Assembly (NCBI GenBank): GCA_965112155.1 | Contig: OZ218106.1 | Reading direction: 5' to 3' (one strand) | DNA from: Podarcis liolepis | Lineage: Eukaryota | DNA length: 64,000 nucleotides | Shown: piece after piece, positions 51,893-62,827 of the stretch | How positions within the stretch are numbered: position 1 is the stretch's first letter | Layout of the letters: every line of letters begins with the position of its first letter | Made by a program: the position numbers and the translations under genes | Notes under the pieces: model-generated | What the model was told of the DNA's origin: nothing | What the model saw: the letters and a program-made list of their open reading frames with translations, nothing else | Databases searched by the model: none

Positions 51893-52108
51893 CAGGAGTT
51901 GCCAACTTTTTGGGGCCCATGGGCACATTTGCAGACTGAAGAAACTCTTATGGGCACCACACACACCCTGCAACCAAACACAGCAGCCTGCCCTATTGGT
52001 TACAGCAGAATGCATCTTTCAAGCCAAATTTCAGTGGGCTCAGGGACCCCTGTGGGCTACAGGAAAAGCCCTCTGCGAGCACATGCACACCCCTGTTGAC
52101 AACCCCTG
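51893..52108. mobile_element. Non-autonomous hAT element
   Basis: TIRs caggagttgccaac/gttgacaacccctg; TSD ttctagca/ttctagaa; a related left end occurs near 4695. Confidence 0.8.
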
Positions 52109-52235
52109 TTCTAGAATTAAAACAGCATCTTCATTATGCTTTGCCTGTTGCCTCTCCAACACAAATATGCATGCAGGAAATACATATTTTTGTACTACAT
52201 CAAACGCATTTGTGTTGTTTTTTTTCTGTTTGAAG

Positions 52236-52329
52236 ATGTACTGCATCAAAAGATGACCGAGACATGTGCTACTGCTCATATAGGTGGTGTTAATATTGTC
52301 CTTCTGGAAGGGATCACACCAAATATCCA
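52236..52329 (+). CDS. BLTP1: BLTP1 exon w46 (DVLHQKMTETC...GITPNIQ)
   Basis: ttgaag|AT...ATCCA|gtgagt. Confidence 0.94.
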
Positions 52330-52901
52330 GTGAGTGTACAATTTAAAAAGTGATACATATTCTCTAAACAGCAGTTATGCCTCCATTATAGCCCGTCCTG
52401 CTCTTTTAAGGCTTTTATGTGACTGGATTACAAGGAGCTGTCATATGTAAGTAAGCTAAAACTGACAAAGTGACGAGAAAGAAATGCCTTTGTGTACTCT
52501 TCTGTCAGGCTTCAAGCTTTTAGATACAACTGCATAAAATATAATAATCTGAGATGACTAAAATTAAATATTTATAACATTGCACAGTATTTCTGAGCAG
52601 CCAGTTCGCAGTAGGAAATGGACAGAATATTTTCCGTAGTCAAGACTGTTTTGTTTCAGCAGATTTTGCATCATCATTGAAGTGTGTCAAACCAGCCACC
52701 TTTTATAAACCTAAAAGGATCTCCCTGAGTATCTTACCCTTTGACCTATTTTCTGGCATATATTTGACCAAAAAGCTTTTATCAGTTTCAAACTATCCCC
52801 AATCCCATTTCTTTTATACCACTGTTCATTTTATTATTATCATTATTATAACTATTTGAATTCTGTACAGTTTTTTGTGACTGGATGAAAATGACATCGC
52901 A

Positions 52902-52968
52902 GCATTGCTGGAGGTTGGACTAGATGACCCTTGGGGTCCCTTCCAATCCTACAATTCTATGATTCTAT
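52902..52968 (+). mobile_element. CR1 3'-tail fragment
   Basis: ggttggactagatgacccttggggtcccttccaatcctacaattctatgattctat. Confidence 0.8.
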
Positions 52969-53878
52969 TATATATGTATGTTTATATGAAATGACTTATG
53001 TAAATTTTTGTACTTAGTTTCAATATCCTTTCATATTATTCTGTCTTGACAGATTCACTGTGTACAGTAATTCTTAGAACAGCAATTTGTTTTTTTTAAT
53101 GCTTTATAGTTTTTAATTCTTTATAGTTGCATCTTATAAGACAATCTGAACTTCCTTTAAGTGTGGCCCTATTGTTTCACTTTTATATTTGCGCTTGGGT
53201 GTTTAAAACAAATCTACCCACCTTTTCTGCATGAGCATCTTGAATGATTTTCCTAATACATTCACATTTCTAATAGTCACACACTTGTAATTGCATGATA
53301 TTGTCATACACTTGAGCACTTAAACTAGAATAGCAAGACACTACAAACCATTTCCCTCTGATTTATGTACTATATGAACTAGTACTCTTTGTTTTTTGGC
53401 AGCATTTTCATCACCAACACACTTTTAGAATCTGTATTAGTCCCAATAATTTGTAGATAAATATGAATTTAATATAGGCAAGCAAAGTTTGTCTTGTCGT
53501 GAAGGATAGTTGAAGTTTTTCACAAGAAGCAATTAAAAGTTGGTTCAAAGTGTAGCTGTTGCTTCTGTTGATAGTATAGTGTGTGCTCCAATGGGACCAA
53601 GAGGCTCTTGCATGAGTTGACTTCCTTATTCCCAACTGGGGCAGGAACAGCTCTGCACATACCCTTTTGGTACAGGCAGAAATGTTATCTGCACTGAAAT
53701 GAATGAGTTTGCTGAGCATTCGTTGGATCCCCCATGCTTGCAAAACGCCATTGCTTACAAAATAGTATTTTCAGACAATTGGTCTTATTGTGGGTTACAA
53801 ATATGACTAATTCTTCTGCATGACTGTTCTTTATTTTGCTTTGTTTTTGTTTTGCTTTCTTCCAATCTTCACTCGTAG

Positions 53879-53929
53879 ACTGGAGGATTTCCCTACATCA
53901 CCAACAAGCACAGCCAAACAAGAATTTCT
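53879..53929 (+). CDS. BLTP1: BLTP1 exon w47 (51-nt symmetric exon; LEDFPTSPTSTAKQEFL)
   Basis: tcgtag|A...TTTCT|gtatgt; peptide matches the recalled human sequence; phase 2-2. Confidence 0.93.
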
Positions 53930-54613
53930 GTATGTCACATTATGTTTAAATGGCTTGCAGTTAACACTGTGTGTAGTGTAGCTGAGATGTGTTTTTGTGT
54001 GTTGAATGTAACCAGCTGCACCTTAATTGTAATTAACATGAAATAGAATTGATATAGTATATCGATCAGCCTATATTAGAAAAGCTCTGGGTTAAGTAGT
54101 TTTACTCAATAACATAAAATAGTTTTGAAACAGGGTTTTCTTCCCTAATCACAAACTATTTATCTAGAGTCACTAATATAGACTGTAATATGTCAGACAG
54201 TTCTATGAGGATAACCCAGGTAAATTAGATTGATTTTATATCTTACCGTACAGTTTTCCACTAAGTTATGCAAGCTGCTAACATGTCAGTGATGACTTTA
54301 TGTATTCAACAATGGGGGTGGGGTGGGGGTGGGCTCACCTCAACTTTTAGAAATAAAAGTGTAAAGGCAACTCAGTATGTGAGTTAGAGACTCCGTGCTT
54401 CCAGATTCTACAATTTTTCTTTTTACGTGGATGCCTCCCTCTAGTAAGAATAACAAGATGCAGCCCTTTTTTTAATATTGAAGCTGGATAGGTGGGCTGG
54501 GTTTCATCCCCTCAGTTGTGCTGTGCTTTGGAGGTACTAGATTTTGCAATGCACACATACACAAACACACCTCAAGTGGCAGAAGCCTAAACTGTGGTTT
54601 TGTGGACTTAGAT

Positions 54614-54749
54614 CAGGCTTCCTCAGCCTCGGCCCTCCAGATGTTTTGAGACTACAATTCCCATCATCCCTGACCACTGGTCCTACTAGCTAGGGATCAT
54701 GGGAGTTGTAGGCCAAAAACATCTGGAGGGCTGAGGTTGAGGAAGCCTG
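54614..54749. mobile_element. Palindromic hAT MITE (core shared with 28809)
   Basis: Self-complementary; perfect 8-bp TSD acttagat. Confidence 0.92.
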
Positions 54750-55051
54750 ACTTAGATATTTATCTCTTCTGCTTAGGTCTCTGCTACATGAGTCAAGGAA
54801 GTTGACAAACCAAATAACTTGTGATCATGCAGCTAAACTTTATTCTAAAAACCTGTCATGAAAACTCTGGATGTTGCACAGAAATAAAGGAAAAGCATTA
54901 GGTTCAGGTTACCTCAGGAACTGATGGATATCACCAAGGTGAAATTGAACAATATAACTGACACAAAGAATGATTCAGAGCAGCTTTGTGTGGGAGATAT
55001 TTTGGCCTATGGATTTTGGGTATTTGGCTTATGAAAGCAGTGTATGGAAAG

Positions 55052-55308
55052 CAGGGGCAGAGGAAGGGGTATGTGGTGGGGCAGAGTGACCTAGGTGTCA
55101 TCTCTGAGGGGGGTAACATTTGGCAGTTGTGGGCAGACGGCGCGCCAAATGTCCACCATCGGCAGCTCACTCTGCCCCCGGCTGCAGGGTGTGCGTGCCA
55201 CTCCATGCACCCAAGTGGCTATCCCACACCTGGGAGGGCACCCTCCGCGCTCCCCCCCCTTGGGAGCATGCCCCGCCCTGGGCAGCACAGGCATATGCTC
55301 TGCCACTG
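55052..55308. mobile_element. GC-rich non-autonomous hAT element
   Basis: TIRs caggggcagag/ctctgccactg; perfect 8-bp TSD atggaaag. Confidence 0.85.
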
Positions 55309-55335
55309 ATGGAAAGAGTTATTTTTCATCTGAAC

Positions 55336-56132
55336 CAGGGGTGGGCAAACTGGATCCAGCTGGCAAGCTAGAGCCTTACCTTACCCACCCTTCATAGGCC
55401 AAATTTGACAGGTCACTGGGACCACTTACCTGTTGATCAGCTGAAATCAGTATTGATGATAGTTGATTGGCACTTGTCAAAGTCCAAAGGCGGTCACCAG
55501 TCATCGGTGATCAGCTGATAGATAAAGTGACTTCCTTTGAAGATGTGCTTTCAGGCCCACCAGTCAGCTAATTGGCAGAAAGGGGTTGGCTTCCAAAAGG
55601 CCTTTTGAAATCTCTGCAGAAGAAAATTTTCCCCCAAACTGGAGCATTTTCCATCTGCAGAGAAAGCAGTTTGTATTCAAAGCAGTTTCCACAATAACTG
55701 CTTCTCTGGAATGAAAGAAAAAATGTTCAAAATTCTCCGGCACTTTGAATACATACTGCTTCCTTTGGAAAGAAAAGAAATTCATTTTCAAAACAGAATG
55801 TGTTTTTTTCTTTCCAGAGAAAGCTTGCAAAGCCCTTTGTGCAGTACTTCCCATTCACTCGACAGCTAATGTTTGGTTGCTTGGAAAGTGATGTAATGGC
55901 CTTTGCAAGCCCCTGTGCCTGACACTTGGGAAGTGCTAAGCACAGGATTAATTGGTCACTGGGCAAGCACTGGGGGAAGAGCTTTGTAGGTGCCTGCAAA
56001 ACCTCTTTTGTCCAAGCTCTTCCTTTACCTGCCCCTCAGGTGGCACAGCTTGGCCAAAACAGCCTCACAGAGTCAAATGAGGCGATCTGGTGGATCTAAA
56101 CAGACCCAGAGGCAAGAGATTCACCACCTTTG
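55336..56132. mobile_element. Old hAT-like element
   Basis: Left end caggggtgggcaaac; degenerate right end ttcaccacctttg; imperfect TSD atctgaac/atctaagc. Confidence 0.4.
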
Positions 56133-56924
56133 ATCTAAGCAATTGGTCTCAACAAGACCATTTAAGATCAAGTATTTCAATTAAGGCTGCATTTCTAAAC
56201 CGCATACACAAAAGTAAATTTCAATGAAATGTTTCACAATTTTTTCTATATAATGATTGCAGTTCACAAGACTTGTGAGATATTAGGTTTTGGCTGTAGG
56301 TTTTCCTGCAGGTTTTGTAAGGCAAGTATAGGGGAAATTTCTCCTTGCCGGAGCCAATACTTAGAGTCTTATTTTGATAGATAACATTTTGTATACTTAT
56401 GTCTTGGTTGAAAGTATGAAATGTTGGCTTCTTGATCCCCAAGAAAATTGGAAAGGATATTTAAAGTACAGATATGGTACGAGTAGTATTTGTCATTCAT
56501 ACATGTCAGTCAACTGTGATGAAATAACTGTGTTTCAAGTTTTCTTTATTTTTATATTTAAAACATATTGCATTTGCTCTTTTTCTACTTACTTCAGAAA
56601 TATAAAATAGCTACAAAGTTTTCATTGAAGCTTGCATTTTAGTGGAGAAAGATATATTTCAGTGTTCTTATTAGGTAATCTATTTGTCTGTTTGAAATTA
56701 GCTATTGGAAAGGTTATCTTCTTAAACAGTAAAAGTAAAATCCTTTACTGGGAGATTTGCATGGTGGTATGTCTGTGTTGTCTTTTTGCCCAGAGTGTGG
56801 TGTTGTTTTTTTAAATGATTGGAATTATTTTGCTGCATATGCCCGTGCATGTCATTAAAGCAAATGACTGCATCAGTTGACAGTAGTCATGCTTAATTTG
56901 CGGTCGTTCTTTGCTGGTTTCTAG

Positions 56925-56972
56925 CCACAATTGTCAGCTTCAGTTTAGGTTCCTGGAATGGGAATCTCCCTT
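56925..56972 (+). CDS. BLTP1: Candidate alternative BLTP1 cassette exon (HNCQLQFRFLEWESPL)
   Basis: gttctttgctggtttctag|C...CCCTT|gtaata; 48 nt, phase 2-2, open frame. Confidence 0.5.
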
Positions 56973-57074
56973 GTAATATGAAATTTGACTATTAGTCTCT
57001 GCAACTATGCAATCATATACACCTCTACCCTGAAGTAAGCCCCACTTAGTTCAGTGGAGTTTACTCTTAGGTAA

Positions 57075-57424
57075 GTGGCGCTGTGGGTAAAACCTCAACA
57101 CCTAGGACTTGCCGATCGTCAGGTCGGCGGTTCGAATCCCCGCGGCGGGGTGCGCTCCCGTTGCTCGGTCCCAGCGCCTGCCAACCTAGCAGTTCGAAAG
57201 CACCTCCGGGTGCAAGTAGATAAATAGGGACCGCTTACTAGCGGGAAGGTAAACGGCGTTTCCGTGCGCTGCGCTGGCTCGCCAGATGCAGCTTGTCACG
57301 CTGGCCACGTGACCCGGAAGTGTCTGCGGACAGCACTGGCCCCCGGCCTCTTAAGCGAGATGGGCGCGCAACCCCAGAATTGGACACGATTGGCCCATAC
57401 GGGCAGGGGTACCTTTACCTTTAC
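57075..57424 (+). mobile_element. Sauria SINE, young (slightly 5'-truncated)
   Basis: A/B boxes, CpG-rich body, (ACCTTT)n tail; approximate TSD cttaggtaagtg/cttaattaagtg. Confidence 0.95.
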
Positions 57425-57546
57425 TTAATTAAGTGAGGATAGGGTTACAGCGTGAATTGCTGATAAATTTTACTGAGGATGCAAGATGATTCACTAGAGC
57501 TGCTTTGTATTTTAAAACATGTAAACAAGTCTCTTCTTCTTCTTAG

Positions 57547-57753
57547 AACTGTGGTGAAATGTAGCATTGCCAAATCGCAGGCTCTTTATAGTGCCCAAAG
57601 GGGGCTGAAAACAAACAATGCTGCAGTCTTCAAAGTAGGGGCTATTAGCATCAACATTCCTCAGCATCCAGCTACCCTGCACAGCATGATGGTACGCAGC
57701 TCTCATCAGCTCTCGAAACAAATCTCTGACCTCATCAGACAGCCAACTGTAGT
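57547..57753 (+). CDS. BLTP1: BLTP1 exon w48 (TVVKCSIAKSQ...IRQPTVV)
   Basis: tcttag|A...GTAGT|gtgagt. Confidence 0.95.
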
Positions 57754-57891
57754 GTGAGTATCACAGTTGATATATGTGTGGAGGCTTGGCCTGTATGCTA
57801 GGGTGAACTAAATTTGCATGCTCAAGCTCATATGTTACAATGTTTTTAATATCTAGTAATTGGTATTCTTTTTTAAAAAATAAACAAATAG

Positions 57892-58130
57892 TGCCCAGCC
57901 TACAAAAGAAGATATTGCAACACCAATGCCTGCAGAAAAAACACCCACAAGTGTAAACCAGACGCCTGTAGAAACCAATGAGTTTCCACAGTTGCCAGAA
58001 GGTTTGGAAAAGAAGCCCATAGTTCTTAAATTCAGTGCCATGATTGATGGAATTGCGATTGGAGCAGCACTGCTGCCATCTTTGAAAGCAGAATACAAGA
58101 TGGGAAGAATGAGAAGTCATGGAATGACAG
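57892..58130 (+). CDS. BLTP1: BLTP1 exon w49 (AQPTKEDIATP...SHGMT)
   Basis: aaatag|T...ACAG|gtaaca; this AG restores the frame and the recalled human spacing. Confidence 0.9.
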
Positions 58131-59087
58131 GTAACATAGCTTCATATTGGGGGGTGTTCCCAGGTTGGTTGGCACATGTGGGAATGCTCTAAGTGTAAAT
58201 AAATGCATTGATTTTGAGTGCGGAAAGTAGCTAAATCATTAAACAACAGTTGTCGGTTTTGCTTTTGGGAAGAAAATAGTTCTGCATCATAACAAAGTGT
58301 CATTAGTTCACATTTTAGTGGCTGCTTGAATTGCTATTGCCACACTCAGGAAGGATTTTAAAATAGACAGCAATATGTAATATTTTGTGTTCAATATACA
58401 GTTAGGTCTTCAGTGATGTTTGAGTGCCATGAAACAAAAAGGTTTGGGGGTTTAACTCTCAAATATTTAAATATGAACCTCCACCTGTCTTACAGAGATG
58501 ATATATTATCTTAATATTGCATATGCAGTGTACTTTGTTCATTGATTTCTGTTGTTTATTTTTAGCTTGTTAATGGAGTTGAATAGCTGTTAATGGAATA
58601 GAATAGGTTCTAAAAAGTACTGTTTGGCCTGAATATAAGCCTCACTTTTTTTTCCGAATTCTGACTGTGAAAAGTTTAAAGTTCAGCTTAAATTTGCAAC
58701 CTTACATAAATTGTCTTTTGTGATAATCACTGCTGAAACAGATGTATGGTAAAACAGAACAGGTGTGAGTGCCTACAGAATTTTAAGGAAGTGGCTTATA
58801 TTCGGGTATTGTCTTTTTGTCTTTTCTCCCCTTGAATTTTAAAGGTGCGGCTTTTATTCGGGCCAATATGGTAATGGTTGTGTTTTGGGACAGCTGGTAG
58901 GCATACTTCCCTTGCACTTGCATAATTTCCATACCGTCTGAGGAATGAGATGAGATAAAAACTGTTGAAATCCAGCCTCATCAAGGGGAAGGGATAGCAC
59001 TGACGTGGAAAGTAGGAAGTGGGTGACTCTTTCTATAACTGCAGTGTGTTTATGTAGACTAGTCAATTGACTGTTTTCTTTTCACAG

Positions 59088-59332
59088 GTGCACAAACAAT
59101 GTTTACATTTGAGCTGCCAAATCACAGGTTGCGGTTCACTTCCAAAGTCTCTGCCACTGATATGTCTACCATACCTCCTTCAGCCAGTCTTAATCTTCCT
59201 CCTGTAACTATGTCAGGCAAATACATAATGGAAGAACACGATACCTATTCAGATCAAATATGGAGTATAGATGAGCTGCCCACTAAGCAAGGTTACTATC
59301 TCCAGGGAAATTATTTGCGCTGTGTAGCCGAG
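59088..59332 (+). CDS. BLTP1: BLTP1 exon w50 (GAQTMFTFELP...LRCVAE)
   Basis: tcacag|GT...GAG|gtatgt. Confidence 0.95.
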
Positions 59333-59790
59333 GTATGTAGTCTATATATATATTATTTATCATTTTTATTTTAACAGGATTTATATGCAACTTAATCATC
59401 AAAGCCTCACAGTGGTTTAGATAAAATATGCATTAAAATTACTGAAAGAATCAGGTGTTAAAAGCAAGTTAGCCTGATTTTTTCCAGTAAAAAAAGCATT
59501 AGCATTTAGACATTATGCCTGTATATTTAAAGTTTACATAACAATATATTTTTATGATTGCTTGTGTAATTGTACGATGTCTGAAACAGTTTTGCTTCTA
59601 CCATGTGGCTCCTTACATCCAGGTTTTGCAACATAAAACTTCCTAACTATATTGTATCTTGAGTTGTGTGTATTTTAGTTTTAGCAATTCTTCCATCTCA
59701 AAAATAAATGTTACATTTTCCCTTATTGTTTGCTTCAAGCCCTTCATCATGAATCAATATCTGTTAAAAGGCTTCTCCCTTTCCTCCCAG

Positions 59791-59896
59791 GTTGGGTCCT
59801 TTGAGCATAATCTGACAACAGACCTTTTGAACCATTTGGTTTTTGTGCAGAAAGTATTTATGAAAGAGGTCAATGAAGTTATACAGAAAGTCTCAG
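59791..59896 (+). CDS. BLTP1: BLTP1 exon w51 (VGSFEHNLTTD...IQKVS)
   Basis: tcccag|GTT...TCAG|gtaagc. Confidence 0.95.
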
Positions 59897-60683
59897 GTAA
59901 GCCGAACTGCTTGAAAACATTACTAAACTGAACAGTCAGCACTCAGAGCTCCACACTAACGTTGCTTCCTACTATTTATGGTATCTGAAGTCACATATTT
60001 TATTCAAAAAATGTGGACTGTGATGTTTCCATTATGCTGTATTAGTCACAAGCAGGCAATAGTTACACACTGTGGGTGATATCCAACTAAGTCATATATT
60101 CGGAATAGACCAACTGAAATTGATTTTAGTGAATCTGCTCTGGAAATGATTAATACTAAAATATCACCCTTTGGTAGGAATGCGTTTTTGCAAAATTTCA
60201 CTGACTTACTATTTCTTTTATTATTATGTAATTTTCTGGAACAGTGTTACCACTCGTCAAATGCCGTTCATTGTTGGAGAGATGGCACAGTTACTTTGTT
60301 GTCATTAAAACTGTGCTGTTGTTGTTTTAGTCAGATATAATAATAATCAGTGTGTTGTGGCAATTATCTCTAAGTCAATGTATGCCGTTTATACATGCCA
60401 GCATGTTTTGAATGGGTTGGGGTACTATGAAAACAATGTCTGTCCATTTCTAATACTATATAATCATTTAATATTTGTTGTTCTTACAACTACTCTTGAG
60501 TTCTCAAATCTTGTTTCACCTTTGGGTACTGGAGAAATGACAGCTGATCATATAGGGCAGTTGCATTTAGAAAGTTGGATAGGTGTGGTGTGTTTTTTTT
60601 AACCCGTCCTCAGCCTTAATCTTGTGGAAATGACAAATGCTTAATTGAATTCTGGAACTGTGTTGTTTTAATTATAAATGCAG

Positions 60684-60781
60684 GAGGGGAGCAACCTATT
60701 CCTCTTTGGAATGAACATGATGGAACAACTGATGGAGAAAAGCCAAAGATTCTCCTCTACTCCCTGAGTCTGCAGTTTAAA
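60684..60781 (+). CDS. BLTP1: BLTP1 exon w52 (GGEQPIPLWNEH...SLQFK)
   Basis: atgcag|GA...AAA|gtatgt. Confidence 0.95.
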
Positions 60782-61077
60782 GTATGTTTGATATTCATGG
60801 GTTCTTCCAAGTGTGGCCAGTGGTAATATTGTAATGAACTGTGAAATCAATAATGAATAAGAATGCAGGGGATCTCGTTCTCTCTTGGGTATTAGGATGT
60901 CTATCAGTGGTTTGTTTTCCTCTAATAATATTTTCCAAACTAAAGCAACAAACAAAAGAATTATTACCTTTCATGGAAACTGCTGTGAAAGGCAGAAGGT
61001 TTCTTAAATGATATGTTTATAAAAATGTGTTTGAGAGACTGAGGTGTGTATTTAAAGTCTTTCCCTTACATTATTAG

Positions 61078-61263
61078 GGTATCCAGGTAACAGCCACCAC
61101 ACCATCTATGAGGGCGGTAAGGTTTGAAACAGGACTAATAGAACTGGAGCTCTCAAATAGATTGCAAACCAAAGCAATGCCTGGTAGTGCCAGCTACCTA
61201 AAGCTCTTCGGTAAATGCCAAGTGGACTTAAATCTGGCATTGGGACAAATCGTTAAACATCAG
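61078..61263 (+). CDS. BLTP1: BLTP1 exon w53 (GIQVTATTPSMR...IVKHQ)
   Basis: tattag|GGT...CAG|gtgagt. Confidence 0.95.
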
Positions 61264-61664
61264 GTGAGTAATTATGATTTTATAGCCTGCTGGTGACATT
61301 TTCTGGTTCTCAAAATGGAATGAAGAAAGAAATGTTAAACACAGCTTTATAAAACTTTGGATTAGATCCCCATGTGCCCTTCTGTAAACAGGATCCTGAA
61401 AAGCTTCAGTGAGTGGGAGTAGAGGGGGCACAGAGCTCAAAGCACCCTGTTCTAATAAGCTGAATTCCACTCACAAAATGAGGTGCTCTCAGCTTCTTTT
61501 TTGGTCTCCCGTTCTCCCCCCAAATCTGCTCCAACTCTGGTCCCTAGCCAATAAGTGTACATTTAAGAATACCTCTGTTTTAAAATTATTATGTTTGTAT
61601 CCTGCCAAGCTTGGTTTTTTGCTCTGCTGTGTTCTCCCTGTTGATATGTTTGGAATGTCTTAAG

Positions 61665-61833
61665 GTTTATGAAGAAGCTGGATCAGACTTCCATCAAGTT
61701 GCTTATTTTAAAACCCGAATTGGATTACGAAATGCTCTGAGAGAAGAAATCAGCGGTTCGTCAGATCGAGAAGCTGTGCTCATTACTTTGAACCGGCCAA
61801 TTGTTTTTGCTCAGCCTGTGGCCTTTGACAGAG
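61665..61833 (+). CDS. BLTP1: BLTP1 exon w54 (VYEEAGSDFH...VAFDR)
   Basis: cttaag|GTT...AGAG|gtacta. Confidence 0.95.
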
Positions 61834-62115
61834 GTACTAGTGGGCTTTGTGTTGGTTTTTGTTTTACCAAAATAGACATGTGCACTGAAAACTATGGTTA
61901 GGCAAGGAAATATTACTTTCATTAAAAGGCCAATAGCCGGAATCATGTTGACTTGGTTCCCTGCCATATTAACATATATTGTAGTCCAGAAGCAGAACAA
62001 GACAGAGAAACATGTGTTCAATAACTGACAGGGCACAGCAATTTATTATAGTTGAACTTAGAATGATTTTCTATATTGTTCTAAAATAGTGAAAACATTT
62101 TTTCCCCTTGCTAAG

Positions 62116-62327
62116 CTGTGCTTTTCTGGCTGAACTACAAGGCTGCTTATGACAACTGGAATGAACAGAGAATGGCCTTGAATAAAGATATTCATATGGC
62201 TACAAAGGAAATAGTTGATATGTTACCTGGAATCCAGCAGACATCTGCTCAAGCTTTTGGGACACTCTTCCTCCAGCTAACAGTTAATGACTTGGGAATT
62301 TGCCTGCCCATCACCAATACACCACAG
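62116..62327 (+). CDS. BLTP1: BLTP1 exon w55 (AVLFWLNYKA...PITNTPQ)
   Basis: gctaag|CT...CAG|gtatta. Confidence 0.95.
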
Positions 62328-62827
62328 GTATTAAAGAAAATAACATAATTTTTAAAAATTAAATGATATTGAAGTTTACTATTGCAGTATCAGTACGCTT
62401 CTGGGTAATAATTATTGTTTGAGAGAAGCTACAAAACTCAAAAATTTCAGTAATCCTTTTCATTGATGGTTAGATATCTCAAAACTGAATATGTTGAAAT
62501 GTTTGAAGACATTGGTTTATCTTAATTTCAGAAATACGTTTTTCAGATTATAATTAAGAAGGTTGTTTCACTAATATTTATAGATTCAATTTATTTTCTT
62601 AATATTCTTTTAAGTATTTGATAAGATCTTAAAGTGTACCTACATAGTAACCATTAACAATGTACATCTTTTAAAAAACTAAAACTGTGAATGTTTCATA
62701 AATTAATCAATTTAGGTTGTATTCAATGCTAATCCTACTTGGAATAGTTCCACTGATGTTAGTAAACACGACTAAGTTTGGTTCATTAATTTCTATGTCT
62801 ACTCTTAGTAGAATAGTTGAGTTCACT

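Larger units (their letters stand above)
922..62327 (+). other. BLTP1: BLTP1/KIAA1109 gene body (partial: 55 coding exons; start exon upstream, 3' exons downstream of the window)
   Basis: Exon peptides are colinear with the recalled human KIAA1109 sequence. All junctions are GT-AG with matching phases. Exon lengths sum to 9959 nt, consistent with a phase-1 start and phase-0 end. Confidence 0.98.

Noticed and set aside
54931-55397. Five overlapping ORFs
   Set aside because: They coincide with the GC-rich hAT element 55052-55308.
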